A stretch of DNA of 64,000 nucleotides from Antedon mediterranea (GCF_964355755.1 NC_092677.1:4052101-4116100); one strand, 5' to 3'; shown: positions 1-13,365, counted from the first letter of the stretch. Notes: generated from the letters alone by a model not told the origin. Numbers and translations: made by a program.

Positions 1-302
1 AAACAAGCCCCTAGATTATGTCTTTTAAAGGTTGCTTGTATAAATGTTGGCAACGGCGAGCCTACAGTGAGTCCTAGATAACCAGGGAACCTAATGATGA
101 CCTAATTCTATCAGCATGGTATTGACCCCTGGATGTGACATTTACATTGCATCATTTAAAAATTTTTTAAAATGATTTATTTTTAAATTTAACCAAACAA
201 AGATCTACAGATAGCAACAAGAATTGTGAATTTTATATTCAAATTGAAAAAAAAATTGTTGACTGACAAAATATAATATTAGGACCATACAAATTAACTT
301 AC

Positions 303-403
303 GAACTCTCATGAATATGAGGACTTTTGTCTTTATCTTCTCCAAGATGCCAAGTGCAACGAGAAACAGCATCTGGTCGAATCCACTCTGAAGAATTACT
401 CAT
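303..403 (-). CDS. CBS: Cystathionine beta-synthase, first coding exon (gene continues beyond the left edge of the window)
   Basis: Minus strand ATG at 403 reads MSNSSEWIRPDAVSRCTWHLGEDKDKSPHIHES then a GTAAGT donor. This matches the animal CBS heme-binding N-terminus (WIRPDAPSRCTWQLG...SPHHH), with the Cys and His heme ligands 13 residues apart. Too short for the ORF track. Confidence 0.88.
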
Positions 404-3380
404 GTTGTGTTTTTTTTTCCAAGTTAAATTATAATAACTAAAAATTAATAACAAAATGGAGATAATCAAACCAATTTAATGTTATGTGAAGAACAGGAAG
501 CATTTATGATGAAAATCTTAAATTCATTTTAAAACCAGTTCTTATCAAACAGCGCATGGATGTACCGTACAGTAATTAGGCGGATGGTGGCTTGGAATAA
601 GGTCCTGTTTCTACTTCACCGGTTTTTAACCATGTGAATATAAAAATTAAACCCAATTTCTTGGCCACCAGGACCGATTGCATTTCTATCAACGACCACC
701 CACTGATTTAAATGGTTATTCAGGAGCAAAAAATGAGCATAAATGCAGTCCATATAAAAATTATATTTTAAATCTATTTTGAAATAAATGGTTTATTCAG
801 CGCTATGGAGCAGAAACTTTAAGGCACCTAGAATTATAAACCGTTTGTTATTTACCCTTTATTTATTTTAGCACGTACCGAACATTATAACTTCTATAGC
901 GTATATTAATTATTCTATAATTTGTGTTTCCTTGAAACCAGAAGTACTGTGTTTTCACTCATTAAAAATTAACAGATGGTCCAGGTAGAAAAATGAATTT
1001 ACTCATACAGTAAAAATATCAAAAAATGTGTTTTTATACCAAAAAATAAAACAAAATTATCAGCAGTTAGGTCTAGTAGGCATACATCTGAAATTGTAAG
1101 TATTTTTCTACCAAAAATAAACATATTATTAATCATCTCTTTATGTTATTGTTACTGTTAGCACAATTATTACAACACCACAAACAAAAACAAAATTACA
1201 ATTTATTTACTGTAATGTAAGGCTAATGGTAGATGCACATTTTAAAATTCTTAATTCTGCTATAACATATTGTTAATCATAATTTAAACGCTCACAATCA
1301 ACATTAATAATGCAGATGTAATTCTATAAATATCTTTAAATTACTAACTAAATTGGCATACGTCAAACTGCATAAATAGCATTATGGAATAAACTAATTG
1401 TTTGACCAATAACTGAAAACAGGTGTGACAAGGCATGGGGGAAAATTTCCATTATATGGTCAAATGGAGGTAAAATGGAGGTAAAATGGAGGTCAACTAG
1501 TATATCATTTATGATTTCCTAAATAAAATTTACAGCAATATAGAAACAGTTATAAAAGTGAAGCGTGGTCTTTTATTAAAGTTAAAAATTAATTATTAGT
1601 GTTACTGTTAATTAACAGCCAAAAAACAGAAGTAAAATTTCACGACAAATGTCAACACACAGAGTTTAAAATCAAACATTAAAATAAATGTTTAAAAATG
1701 ACAGTAAAAAGAGTGAATCCATCTTTGTTTGAATTGATTAAATTTTTTTAGTATCTTCACTTGTATTGTATAGATAGTTATAAATAGTATAAATATAATT
1801 AAACAGTAGGCTTGGCCCTTGGCTAGAGCTTATATAATAGGTACTGCAGTTGTTAGCATACACTTTGCTGGTGGTGGTATATAGCATAGTAGTTCTAGGC
1901 CTAGTAGTAGGCCTAGTTAAGTAGTTAGTGTAGTAAAGAAGTAGATGACCTTTTTTGTTATCCACCACCACCCGGACATGGATTTAATAAATTTGTTTAA
2001 GTGACCACAACAAAACGTACGTGACTTTTCCGACATCGACAACACTGCAGTCTCATATAATTATACCAACGATAGAATTTTCGCTTGGTTTCTAAGCCTA
2101 GTTTATAGAAAAATTAAAATTAGGCTAGGCCTAGGCCATGTAGCACATTCTCTCTATAGGAGGTGTGAAGTGGGTGTGTATTCCCCATTGAATAGTTAAC
2201 CAATCAGTTATTACGTCATGGAAAATACACACTGCATATTTCAACCGAAACTGTGTAATATGATGGGGGATAGGAAAACTACCATCTTAAGCCTACCTGT
2301 TGAAAAAATACTAAATTAAATCAAATACCAATATTATGTACATTTGTGATACTCAGTGGAATTTAAGAATAAAAACTTACAATTTCTACAGCTGCCTTGT
2401 CCACCAACGGAGGTCTAGACAATGATCGGATACGTGAGGTGTGTAGAGAAAAAGTGGACCACGTTTGATCGTCGAAAAATAAGTATAGCCTCGTTTTGGT
2501 ACCGAAAGGGCATTCTCTGTAAGCGGATTGGTCAAATCAGTTTTGACATGCGTACACGATTTACAGTACTGTATTTTGTTGCACACAATATTATTTTATT
2601 AAGATATATATATTATATTATTGGTAAATTTTTGTAGGAAATGGAAGAGGAGGAAAAAGCAAATAAGTAACTCAGTTCATAAAATAATATTGTATAGATT
2701 GATTAATTAAAATGATATGATTAAAATACATTACTGTACCATACCCAAGAGCAAATTAATAACATATTGCTGATGACAAGTATGTTTCCTCAGAAGGCCA
2801 TCAATTTCTCAATCATTATTCACATCAGTATGGTAACATTATAATAAATTTCAATATTAGTACAGTACAAACAAAAGAAATATTTTGCTACATAATCATA
2901 CATAAAAATAGTATTTAAAAAAATGAAATATGTTAATTATTGTCATAAAAATGTACTTTTTAAAATAAATCAGTCACTTTATTAGTACAATCATGGATCT
3001 ATAAATTAGGTCCATGGTACAATCAATCTAATTATCTGCTTTCTGCCTGTAAGTTTATTAATTAAAATAACTTTATATATTTTATTTACATAATATTTAA
3101 TAAAATAATATTTAATAGTACCTATTGTATCTTAGATAATATAGAATGCATTTAATGAATTTTAAACAATTGTTGAGAGATTATTCATTTTTGGTCCTTC
3201 AGGTTCCAGTGACACCATAAAAATAAATTGTCTACATAGCTTACAAATTCAAAACAACCAGTCCGGAATATCACTTTGTTTCCATTGCCCATTTACAGCC
3301 TTTTTGAACAATTGGTGGTTACTGCAATACTGGATATACTGCAGTAATAATATATTATTGTAATAACATAATTAATAATA

Positions 3381-3438
3381 TTATGCATAGTTTTAAGATA
3401 ATTGGAAAGTTCTCTGTTATCCGGTGATCATCTTGTAA
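3381..3438 (-). repeat. Diverged duplicate of the last VPS26C coding segment lying in the 3' UTR
   Basis: Minus strand reads TTACAAGATGATCACCGGATAACAGAGAACTTTCCAATT, closely matching 3594-3556 (TTACAAGATGATCACCTGATAACAGAAAACTTTCCAATT). Confidence 0.8.
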
Positions 3439-3537
3439 AGTTGGTAGTTACTGCAGTAGTGAATTTATTGCAGTAGTAAATTTATTGCAGTAGTGAATTT
3501 ACTGCAGTAGTGAATTTACTGCAGTATTAACATCATT

Positions 3538-6500
3538 TTATGCACGGTTCAACTTAATTGGAAAGTTTTCTGTTATCAGGTGATCATCTTGTAATACCAC
3601 AACAACATTTACTTCAAATTCTGAAAAAAAAAAACACAGAAAAATGACAATGGTGTGGCTGGATCTCAATGGAGATAGAAAATAAAATAAGCAAAAAGCT
3701 AAATCAAAACAATAAAGTAAAACAGCAAGAAAAATTAAGAGCTTTCAGGCTACACTGTGCCTTCAGCACATACAGAATGTAATCACCATCAATGCAATGG
3801 CCACAATACTTACCTATTTTGAAATTACTAGTAGCAAGGGTTGGACACGTGAATAATCGCGGAAATACCATGTAGATTGGAATCGTTAAACCACGACAGA
3901 CATCGCCCTCACCAATCTGAATATTTTGAATTTCGGTAGCTAAAAAAAAATATATTGGGATGATTTTTTGATGTATTTAGATATGACATATGTATGACAC
4001 TAGATTTTACATATGACCCTAGATATGACATATGACCCTAGATATGACATATGACCCTAGATATGACATATGACCCTAGATTTGACATATGACCCTAGAT
4101 ATGACATATGACCCTAGATTTGACATCTGACCCTAGATTTGACATATGACCCTATATTTGACATATGACCCTAGATTTGACATATGGCCCTAGATTTGAC
4201 CTATAATCCTAGAAGAGGACCTCTGACCCTAGAACTTACCATCTCTAGCATAACCCTCAGCACATCCACAAGTTTCCACTCTGACCAGTTGAATTTCGAT
4301 GGACTTGATAGGTGCATCGCAGTGGTCAACTACCAACTGACCGGTCAGTGGTTTTGTGATGTTACAGTGAGCTGAATCTAGTCGTCCCTTTACAAGAAAC
4401 TTGGGAAGATTTGATTTCTGTGAAGGAGAAACATTTAGTATGAAAAATAATGTCCTAAAAATGTCATGGAAAGATTTTTTTTAAATAAAAATAAATTTGG
4501 CAATAGAAAAAATAAGTTTTTGGTAAATTTCTGCATACAGGGATTGTATAAGATGTAATGGTGCGTGGCTGCGTCGTAGTGGACGGGACTTCAAAATAGC
4601 AATATCTGATTGGCCAATGTGATGAATCAACATTCTATGGTTTTTTTGCATCTTGAATCACTTTTTGAACTGTAATTACATTGTAGTTAACCCTCTAGTT
4701 AATTATATAATCTCTTTGGTAAATATAATAACTGTCTGATCGCAATCCCTTTACATCTTCAACTTACATCTTTAACATTCTGGAGCGTTTCTGGCTTGAT
4801 TGAAAATGAAACAGGATTTGGAATTATCTTTTCCTTTTGTGGTTTGTACTCGATGATAAACTCAACCGTCTTTGTTAGATCTTTAGCCAGTAGAGGCCGC
4901 TTTATATCCGTCTTGATTAAATACTGCAAATAAATGAAAATCATTAAAAATAATTTGCACCATTTTCATATTTATATATATTTTATTACAAAGTAAAATC
5001 TTTCCATCAATTAAAAGAAAAAAATAATGTCAAAGGTCATACCAGTACCTGTATATTGACAAACACCCCATGGTATGTCTCATGAAGAGCTTTATTTCCT
5101 TTCGGTTTTAATGGAACTTCAAATGGAATTTCAGTCCTTCCTGATGGAAGCTTCCCTGGTTTAGCAACCACTAAACTATAATTCAGTAACGTGATGGGCT
5201 GCAAGTACAAAAAAAAAGACAAACTTAAAATTGGCAACAATTTCGTTTCAATAAGGTTGAGCGTAAATAGCTAATAAATAATACTAATGGTAAAATTATA
5301 CACATATTTTTATAAATACCTTTAGTGAACTGTAAAATGCCTCAAATAGGCCAACACTTTTTGAGCTCAGCTGCAATGTAACTAAGCCTTCTATTAACAG
5401 ATTAATACCCTGGTGCTGTAACTCTCCTTTACTATCGACCACTACAACACCAGCCAATACCTCCTGCAAAAAAAACCCCAAAAACAAAAACATTGAAAAA
5501 AATCGAAAAAAAAAAGCAAATATGCTCTAGAAAAAAACAGTCAAACCCAGACAGACCCTTTTTTAATTAAAAAAAAATGTTTTTATTTTTAGGCTGATAA
5601 ATTAAAAAGACTATAAAAATAAATAAATCTATGCCTAGAGGTTTGTAGTACTACAGTATATATATGGGATTATGGTCGAAGCGGCCGCCAACCAAAGTGG
5701 CCGCTAGTTCAATAACGGTAATTTGTATGGAACGCCGTGTGTGCTTTGATTGTCGTTGTTTTGTAATTTTTGATTGTCATTGTTTTGATCAACAGGTTTT
5801 CTTTTCCTCGGACGTAAATAACAACCTACATATTATTAATATTATGTAATTTATTCTCTTTTTTTACAGATTGAATATGATACGTTCTTTTAAACGAAAT
5901 GGCGAATCGATGATTACTTACTTTAACTGTTCTAAATGATATAGGCCTATATGTTTAATAAAGTCAATAAAATACATTGTGGTGTTTGTATTGTATATTA
6001 ATATAATATATAATAAGCCAATTATTAAGAATGATATATATATTTTTTCAATAAAGTATAACAAAATATATTTATTGTATATTAATATATTAGTAAAGTA
6101 ACTACTGTAAGTAGTACGTGTTCGCAAACATAATTTAATTACAATAACATGATGACATCAATTTATTTATTTAATATCCTTAATTGTTTTATACCTTCAG
6201 ATATATAAATATTGATCAATTTAAAATGAGTTTTAAATACTAAAATAAGATGCGTCTGTACGGTACGGTAATTAATTACGCGAATTTCTGCTAATAACTC
6301 GACTGGCGGCCGGCCAGGAATAGTGCTGTAGAAGGTTGCGTTTTCGTCTTTACGTTGCTTTTATTAAAAACACAAACAATGTATTACAATGGAATAACAC
6401 TTAAATGTATAACACACCCTATTACTAATCAATAAAAACAAGATTCGATAGTACAGTGTAAACTAAACGAGATATAAAAATTCGGCAATACCGTACGTAA

Positions 6501-9500
6501 ATTATTATTGCAATAATGTATAAAGATTCGATGTAAATGAGATATAAAGATTCGGCAATACCGTACGTAAATTATTAATGCAATACCGTATAAAGATTCG
6601 ATAGTATGTAAATGAGATATAAATATTCGGCAATACCGTACGTAAATTATTATTGCAATACTGAAAGATTTGATAGTATGTAAATGAGATATAAATATTC
6701 GGCAATACCGTACGTAAATTATTATTGTAATACTGAAAGATTTGATAGTATGTAAATGAGATATAAATATTCGGCAATACCGTACGTAAATTATTAATGC
6801 AATACTGTATAAATGAGATAAATATTCGGCAATACCGTACGTAAATTATTAAAGCAATACTGTATAAAGATTCGATAGGAGAGTGCTCAAGAAACGTCGG
6901 GTCAGTTCAACGTTATTTTTTATGTATTTAAAAAAAAAGGAGATATAAATAAACTAATAAATAGTACGTAAATGAGACATAAAGGTTCAATAGTATGTGG
7001 ATTATGATGCATAAATGATTAATGATTCGATAGTATATGTAAATATATTTAGTTAGTTAATATTAAAATACAAATAAAAATACATTGGTTTATCGGCAGG
7101 CAAACTTAATTATTATAGAAATATAAAGATTCGATAGTACATGATTTGGCTTATATTTATTGGTTTGACCATTTATTTATTTGGAATTACACCTTTAGAT
7201 CGGTGGCACACTTAGCACAAAGGTGCATCCTTTACAATAACAATATAAAATATAACAATTAACAGAAAAAGTAAAAAGGCAAAAGCAACTATCAACCCTA
7301 TCCTACCACCCCCCCCCCCCCCTCCAATTTACATCGATACATACAGTAGATCATTACTTTACACAATTGAATACAAAACAAACACAGGTTATTACGCAAA
7401 CCCACCAACCCCCTCACCCACCCCTCAATTTACTTAATGTAGCAATGTAGATAACATAGTTATTGAGTCATGGAATTCAGTGAATCATTTCGAAATTTCC
7501 ATGCTTGTTTTAGGTATCTTTTACAAAAACTATCCAAAATATTTTCACACTCTTCATCAATTAAATTATCTGAGTATCCCAAAATATATTTAAGTTTGTC
7601 ATTTTCATGAGAAGTATAAAAAGTATCAAACATATCTTTGCTGCCATTTCTATACATATCCACATATTAATTAAATAATTCCTGATTACGTATATTATTT
7701 AAAGCTGGACAATTAAGGATGAAATGATGGATGTCTTCGTTCGAATTTGTACCGCATAATTTACATTTTTTATTATTATATCAATATTCCAATTTGCAGT
7801 TCTATCATTCAAAGGTAGAGTATTTGAACGAGCTTTAAATTTTAATGCAGCACCTTCAAAATTAGTTTTATCAATTAAGTAGTTTTCAAGTCCATGTTTT
7901 GATTTTTAATGTTTCATAGATGTGGAGACTTGATTTGTAATTCAATTCTCCATTCATCTATCATTATAGAGTTAAGTTTTCTTAAGATTTCAGAAATTGG
8001 AAAGTAGACTTCTTTATAATTTGAGACTAGAGAGTGGTGAAAATATTTTTGGAATAACAATTACACTTCAAGAGAATATCGTTTATACAAGATAGAAACT
8101 TATACCTTAAGTCTTTAAATACACAATTAAGTTGTAGCATTCCAATAAACATAATTTTTGGCCATCGATAGTTTTCCATCTTTATAATTCTATGGAAGTA
8201 TTTCATACGAAGAGCGTTATGGATCTCGTTAATTGGAGACCAACCAAACTCTCCATATAAGGCGGCACAAGGTGTATTTCGAGGTGCTTTTAAGATATAA
8301 CGCGCCATTTGGAGCTGGAGAAGCTCTAGTTTACCATACATACAGCTGTAACTCAACTCGCCATAGGCCATGGCGTTGACAACGACAATCAAAGATTAAA
8401 GCGCACATGGCGTTCCATACAAATGACGATACAGTCGACCTTCTCATTTACACACTTCTCAATTACGAACCTTCTATTTTACGAACGCCGTTCGAACGAT
8501 GACGTCATCAGTACCATTAATAAAACTTTTACGTACCTACTAATTTATTATCTTCTTAATTTATTAAACTACCCCAAAACAATTATTTCATAAATAAAGC
8601 AAAGCTTATTAAAAACGATCCACGATTTATTTCTAGTTTAAAAGTTGTCTATTCCTAGGCCGTTAGCTAGGCCGTTTAGTCTAGGCCTAAGCTAGAGATC
8701 ATCATCCCCACTGCTGGGAGTGCATGGAGAGCACCCTGCACGTGTTTTTGAAAAAAACAAATGTTGATCGCGAACTGCAAAAAGGGCTAGCTACGATGAC
8801 CATACTATCAATTTAGTTTTGTTTGTGGGATCAGGTGCCGTTTTCGGCCACCTCGACTTATATGGACTATACCATTATTATGATAGGGGTGTGGTGTATT
8901 ATGTTTTATGTAGAGAAGGGTGGCTATTGAATGGGAAGACAATACAATTGTTATGTTATGTAACCTACAGTACAAACTACAAGGAACAATACAGAACATC
9001 AAAAACTAGCAATGCATGTACTTTTTATAAGGCATGTTATTATTAGGTACTGTGTGCCAAGATTTTGTAACAATTACTATATATTAACTAAAGATATTTT
9101 AAATAAAACAAATTTTATAGACAAATTTAATGAAGAACCATCTACTAACTGGATAAAGCCATTTAGGAAAAATAATAAACAAGTTGATCATAACGAGTGG
9201 TTTTCAAAGGCCCAAAGCAAAACGAAATTCCATGCAAAACAACTTTAACGGAATATACTATGTATAAAGGAACCAAACCTTGAACAATATTTGTTAGATA
9301 AAACTAATTTTAAGAGTATCAATTTAAAATTTAAAGAAAGATCAAACTCTCTAGATCTTGAGGGTCGTAGACAATCCTGGTCAAATCATAACACAGGATT
9401 ATGTAAGATGTGTACAGTACTAACGAAAAAGAAACAGTAAACCATTTTTTATTTAAATGTCCTTCATTAAACTCTGTTAGACAAATTAAGTGTGTACCGG

Positions 9501-11439
9501 GATAATTTTAATTGTGGACCTTAGGAATTAAAACACCACTTTATGCTAGACAATTTATTCACTGAAAATGAAACATTAGGAAAAATCTTTGATTTTTATT
9601 GTAAAAAATATTTAATGAAAGCATGGGTTACTAGATCTACAATGTTATCAGTTATCGGCCCAATCCTATCGGTAGATAAATCATATATTTTATTTTCTTG
9701 AACTAAACATAAATAAAACGAAAGAAATAAGGATTGATTTTCGAAAAACATAATTGGTCTGACAGTATACATTAATTAAAGTAAAGGAAGTAGAGATTGT
9801 TAACAATTATAAGTATCTGGCAGTAGTGTTTGACTAAAGCTAAATGGGTGGACATGATCGTAGTTAAGAAGTTAAATACAAGGCTGTACTGCTTGAGGAA
9901 ACTCGGTTCTTTGGGGTAAAGCAGCATATTTGTACTATAGAATGTTTATGTTTTACTAATCAGTGATGTTCTATTTGGGCATATTGTATATTGGGCTAGG
10001 AATATCAGTAAGGGAATGTAAGGGGGATAAAGACCGAATTGAGAAGGTGCTGGGTAGAGCGGGGAAAGTAATTGGTTTGTCTAGTATGCAAATGCTTGAC
10101 TCGTTCTACAGCGAACGGCTTTCCGATGTATTCCATGCTATATTGGAAGACACCAATGCACTTGAACATACTGTATAAGTAAATAAAATAAATAAAATGT
10201 ATTTCTACACAGAAACGTTTAAAAACGTGTTTAAAACATTTTTTTAGAAAGAAAAGACCAAACCTAAAAACATACAATGTCAAACGCTGTGTTTTCTGAG
10301 AACAAAATGGTACAGATTCATTGACAAAATTATAATGTTTATTTGTTTTACTGATTACCTAATAATCAGTATGTGATAAATATACTACTGTCATCTTTAT
10401 TAAATGTACTACTGTGTTATCGTTAGGTAAATTATATTTTTTATTTGTAACTCAAATAAAAACTTTCTTTATAAATTATATACTTTTTGTATCTATAAAT
10501 CTGTAAAAATTATATAGAAATAAAGAGCCATAATATACTGCATTAACTTGAAAACTGAAATTAATTCTACGGCATGCAGGGCGTAGTTGTTTTCCCTTTG
10601 TTGCTGAAACAACAAGAAAAACAAAAGAACAAAAGCAGCAGTATTTTAACATCTTTTTATAATGGTATAGTCCATACAAGTCGAGGTGGCCGAAAACGGC
10701 ACCTGATCCTGTTTGTGCATGTGGTTACGATATAAAAAAACACTTGACTCTTATTTATTAACATTTTAAAACTTTGTTGTCAGTCGTCGCGTATCGTAGC
10801 CATTTTTCTGGGAATTCCATTTTACTTGCTGTCAAACACCACACATACATAGTAGCTTAAAAATGTAAATATTTGCGGTCCAGAACGGATTTGATATTAT
10901 TACTTTAGGAACGAGTTCGTAAATTACAGTTTGTGTCAAAATATGCACAATAAAAAGTAAACGATGGAATTTTGGTACAGAGAGTGTGTGTAACGTAACA
11001 AAATGCAGAAATATCAATCTTTTTGGCATTTAAGGTGTTAATTTACATGTTAAATCTAATTCAAATTGTTTTATACTGTATTTTTAATACTGTTTGTTCT
11101 TTATAGTGTACTATATACACAGTAAGTTGTACATAGGGCATTTTGTTTGGACATGTTTTTACCACTGATTTAATAGAGGGCGCTTTTTTCCGAACCTTCC
11201 CATTTACGAACTTTTTCATTTACGAACGCCTCTCTCAGACCAAGGGGTACGTAAATGAGAAGGTCGACTGTATTATTAAACTGGCGGCCGCTTCGACCAC
11301 CATGATACTCCGGCTAGGCCTAGGCCAGGCCCTGGCCTAGCTTGTTTCATGTTTATTATAAATGAGTTTTAAAAACTGAACTTACCCCTTCGTGGTAAAC
11401 TTTATTAACCTTCTTAAGTCGTACATCGAGAGCAGCCAT
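3538..11439 (-). CDS. VPS26C: VPS26C / DSCR3 (retriever complex subunit), 7 coding exons
   Basis: Exons with GT-AG ends and consistent phases: 11439-11386 (MAALDVRLKKVNKVYHEG), 5463-5320 (EVLAGVVVV...GLFEAFYSSLK), 5198-5049 (...HETYHGVFVNIQ), 4923-4768, 4417-4240 (...IQLVRVETCGCAEGYARD), 3939-3814 (ATEIQNIQIGEGDVCRG...FPRLFTCPTL), 3620-3538 (EFEVNVVVVLQDDHLITENFPIKLNRA*). These are diagnostic DSCR3 motifs. Confidence 0.95.
3975..4232. repeat. 19-bp minisatellite (AGATATGACATATGACCCT)n in VPS26C intron 5
   Basis: About a dozen tandem copies visible, degenerating at both ends. Confidence 0.9.
6445..6880. repeat. Tandem repeat of about 72 bp, about 6 copies
   Basis: CGGCAATACCGTACGTAAATTATTA recurs at about 6483, 6553, 6628, 6700, 6772 and 6827. 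Confidence 0.9.
7171..8345 (-). mobile_element. 5'-truncated non-LTR retrotransposon (LINE) 3' end, degraded
   Basis: ORF pieces 8027-8392 (MARYILKAPRNTPCAALYGEFGW...RWPK) and 7460-7663 (FCKRYLKQAWKFR), an intervening CKLC...EDIHHFILNC zinc-knuckle typical of the LINE ORF2 C-terminus, and an (AAAT)n-type tail near 7171. Confidence 0.8.
9057..9720 (+). mobile_element. Degraded LINE 3' fragment related to the 7171-8345 element
   Basis: Frameshifted pieces NLEQYLLDKTNF, GLCKMC...ETVNHFLFKCPSLN and FDFYCKKYLMKAW parallel the minus-strand LINE; A-rich tail near 9710. Confidence 0.65.
9725..10260 (+). mobile_element. Degraded LINE reverse-transcriptase C-terminal fragment of a second family
   Basis: Pieces KEVEIVNNYKYLAVVF and RLYCLRKL, plus ORF 9963-10178 (DKDRIEKVLGRAGKVIG), resemble the RT thumb region of non-LTR elements. 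Confidence 0.6.
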
Positions 11440-12289
11440 GTTATCGTTAATTAAGCTTTAAAAACACAACAAATTGTTTACCTAGTAGTAGGCCTTGTAA
11501 CGCCAAATGAAGTGACATTGCCAAATGAGGTTCGCGTGGCCTGTATCGCACAAGGCTAGGTCACTTAATTTGGCAGCACGTTTCTGGCGAGCTAATCGTG
11601 TTATAAATATTGATATTACTTATTTCCAAATAAACACAAACTGAAAATTATTAACCGGAGTATTTCTAACCTAATAACCTTTACTCATTGTATGAAATTA
11701 AACCATTATAACTGAAACATACGACGAAAATTTACTATTTTAGTGTAAAAAACGTTCATCGAAAAATCTAGAAAACTCGAAATGCATGATGGGAAGCCTA
11801 CCGACCCCTTTCTAAGCAGCTGGAAAAGAAGACTACTCGTTTTAGCGCCAAAGGAAAGTGTCTGAAGTCACGTCTGCATGTTATGCGGACATGGTCTGGG
11901 ACAATTTTCCTTTGGCGCTAAAGCGTTTAGTGTTTGAGTTATGGGACGCTATTGCTGCATTATTTTCTAGTAATATTTTGATTTGACGTTCCTTTCGTCG
12001 GTACATTATTCCCGTTATTATTTTGTTCGGTTTTATGAATTTCTATGTTTATGTTTTCAAATTAAAATGATTATTCGTTGAATATGAATGTATCCTGTTA
12101 TTCTACTGATTATTATATATTTTTTTTTTTTTTAACATTGCTTACTATTTAATCAATTCCGTTTTTTTAAATGTATATGACCAATGTTATTTAGGCCTAT
12201 GTTTTTTATTTATAAGTTCTTTAAAAATATTAGTTACATGATCACATTTTTGTCACTTATTATACCTACAGTATAACACTATATTTCCT

Positions 12290-13365
12290 TTGATGTCTGA
12301 AACATTAAAACATAAATTCGCAATACTATGGCGAACCTAAGTCGCAAATTGTTAGTTGGATATTCGTTATAATTTCATCATCTCATTTGTTACACATGTG
12401 TGTGTGACCTATAATAAATAAATAAGGGATGGTAGGCCTAAAGGTAGTCGAGGGGAAATTCATCAAATTGTTTCATCAAAACAATAACTCATAAGGTCGG
12501 AAACATTTAGATAATGGAACCAAATTTTGCAATAAAGTCTTTATTGCAAAATTTGGTTCCATTATCTAAATATTAAAAGATGAGATATTGCCTTGTTCTC
12601 TTTTGTTATCAATCTTTTCATGTCACGTACCGTAATAGAATGTAACAGTTGAACATGCATATCACAATAAATAAATAATGGCACCTAATTAGTTAAGCAT
12701 TTTCATCAAGTTTTAACAATATTTGATGTCGGAAACATTTCCAATAATAGAGACTAATTTTGCAATATGTTAGATATTTTATTCAGCTGGTACTTTTTAC
12801 CTTGATGTCGGAAACATTTGAACATAAATACGCAATAATGGATCATAATTGTGCAATGAAGTTGTCATCTCATTTGTTCATATGGATGTGAGAAACAGTT
12901 TGGATGGGAATGTGGTGAGCGAAATTCTAAGCAAGCTAAATACATGATACAGTTATTTTAAGGTTGGGAATTACACAACGTGAATTCGCAAATAATTGAA
13001 CGTAATTTTGCAATAAAGTCGTCCAATAAAGTAGTTTGTTCATATTACGATGTGGGAAACAAGTTTGGATGGGAATGGGGTGGTGAGCAAAATTCTAAGT
13101 AAGTATTACTTCGAAGTCGGAAACAACCTTAAATTCGCAATAATGCAATGGAACCTAATTTTGCAATGAAGTCGGTCACCTTGTTTGTTCATACGATGTT
13201 GAAAACATGTTCGGAGGGGTGGACGAAATTCTAGGAAGCTAAATACAGTTACCGTAGTTATAACACTAATTATTTTGAGGTCGGGAATATTAGAATTTAT
13301 ACTTAAATGGAACCTAATTTTGCAATGGAGATTGCATGCGTTATTTTCATCTCGATTGTTCGTTC
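12290..13365. repeat. Diverged tandem repeats inside the TGT...ACA element
   Basis: Recurring blocks GTCGGAAACA, ATGGAACCTAATTTTGCAATGAAGT and CATCTCATTTGTT. Confidence 0.7.
12505..12571. repeat. Perfect palindrome with 33-bp arms and a 1-nt loop
   Basis: ATTTAGATAATGGAACCAAATTTTGCAATAAAG-T-CTTTATTGCAAAATTTGGTTCCATTATCTAAAT. Confidence 0.95.

Larger units (their letters stand above)
8828..10709. mobile_element. DNA transposon remnant with about 50-bp TIRs and an 8-bp TSD (GG termini; Merlin/MULE-like, family uncertain)
   Basis: TIR GGATCAGGTGCCGTTTTCGGCCACCTCGACTT(A/G)TATGGACTATACCATTAT at both ends, flanked by the direct repeat TGTTTGTG (8820-8827 and 10710-10717). Confidence 0.85.
8432..11270. 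mobile_element. Tc1/mariner-pogo-type non-autonomous element (contains nested insertions)
   Basis: Perfect 20-bp TIRs CAGTCGACCTTCTCATTTAC (8432-8451 and 11251-11270) flanked by TA on both sides; subterminal TTTACGAAC repeats at both ends. Confidence 0.85.
5670..11300. mobile_element. Old non-autonomous inverted-repeat (foldback-type) DNA element filling most of VPS26C intron 1; its right arm is split by a later insertion
   Basis: 5673-5760 (TGGTCGAAGCGGCCGCCA...ATTTGTATGGAACGCCGTGTGTGCTTTGATTGTCGTTGT) is the approximate reverse complement of 11272-11300 joined to 8375-8431. Confidence 0.65.
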
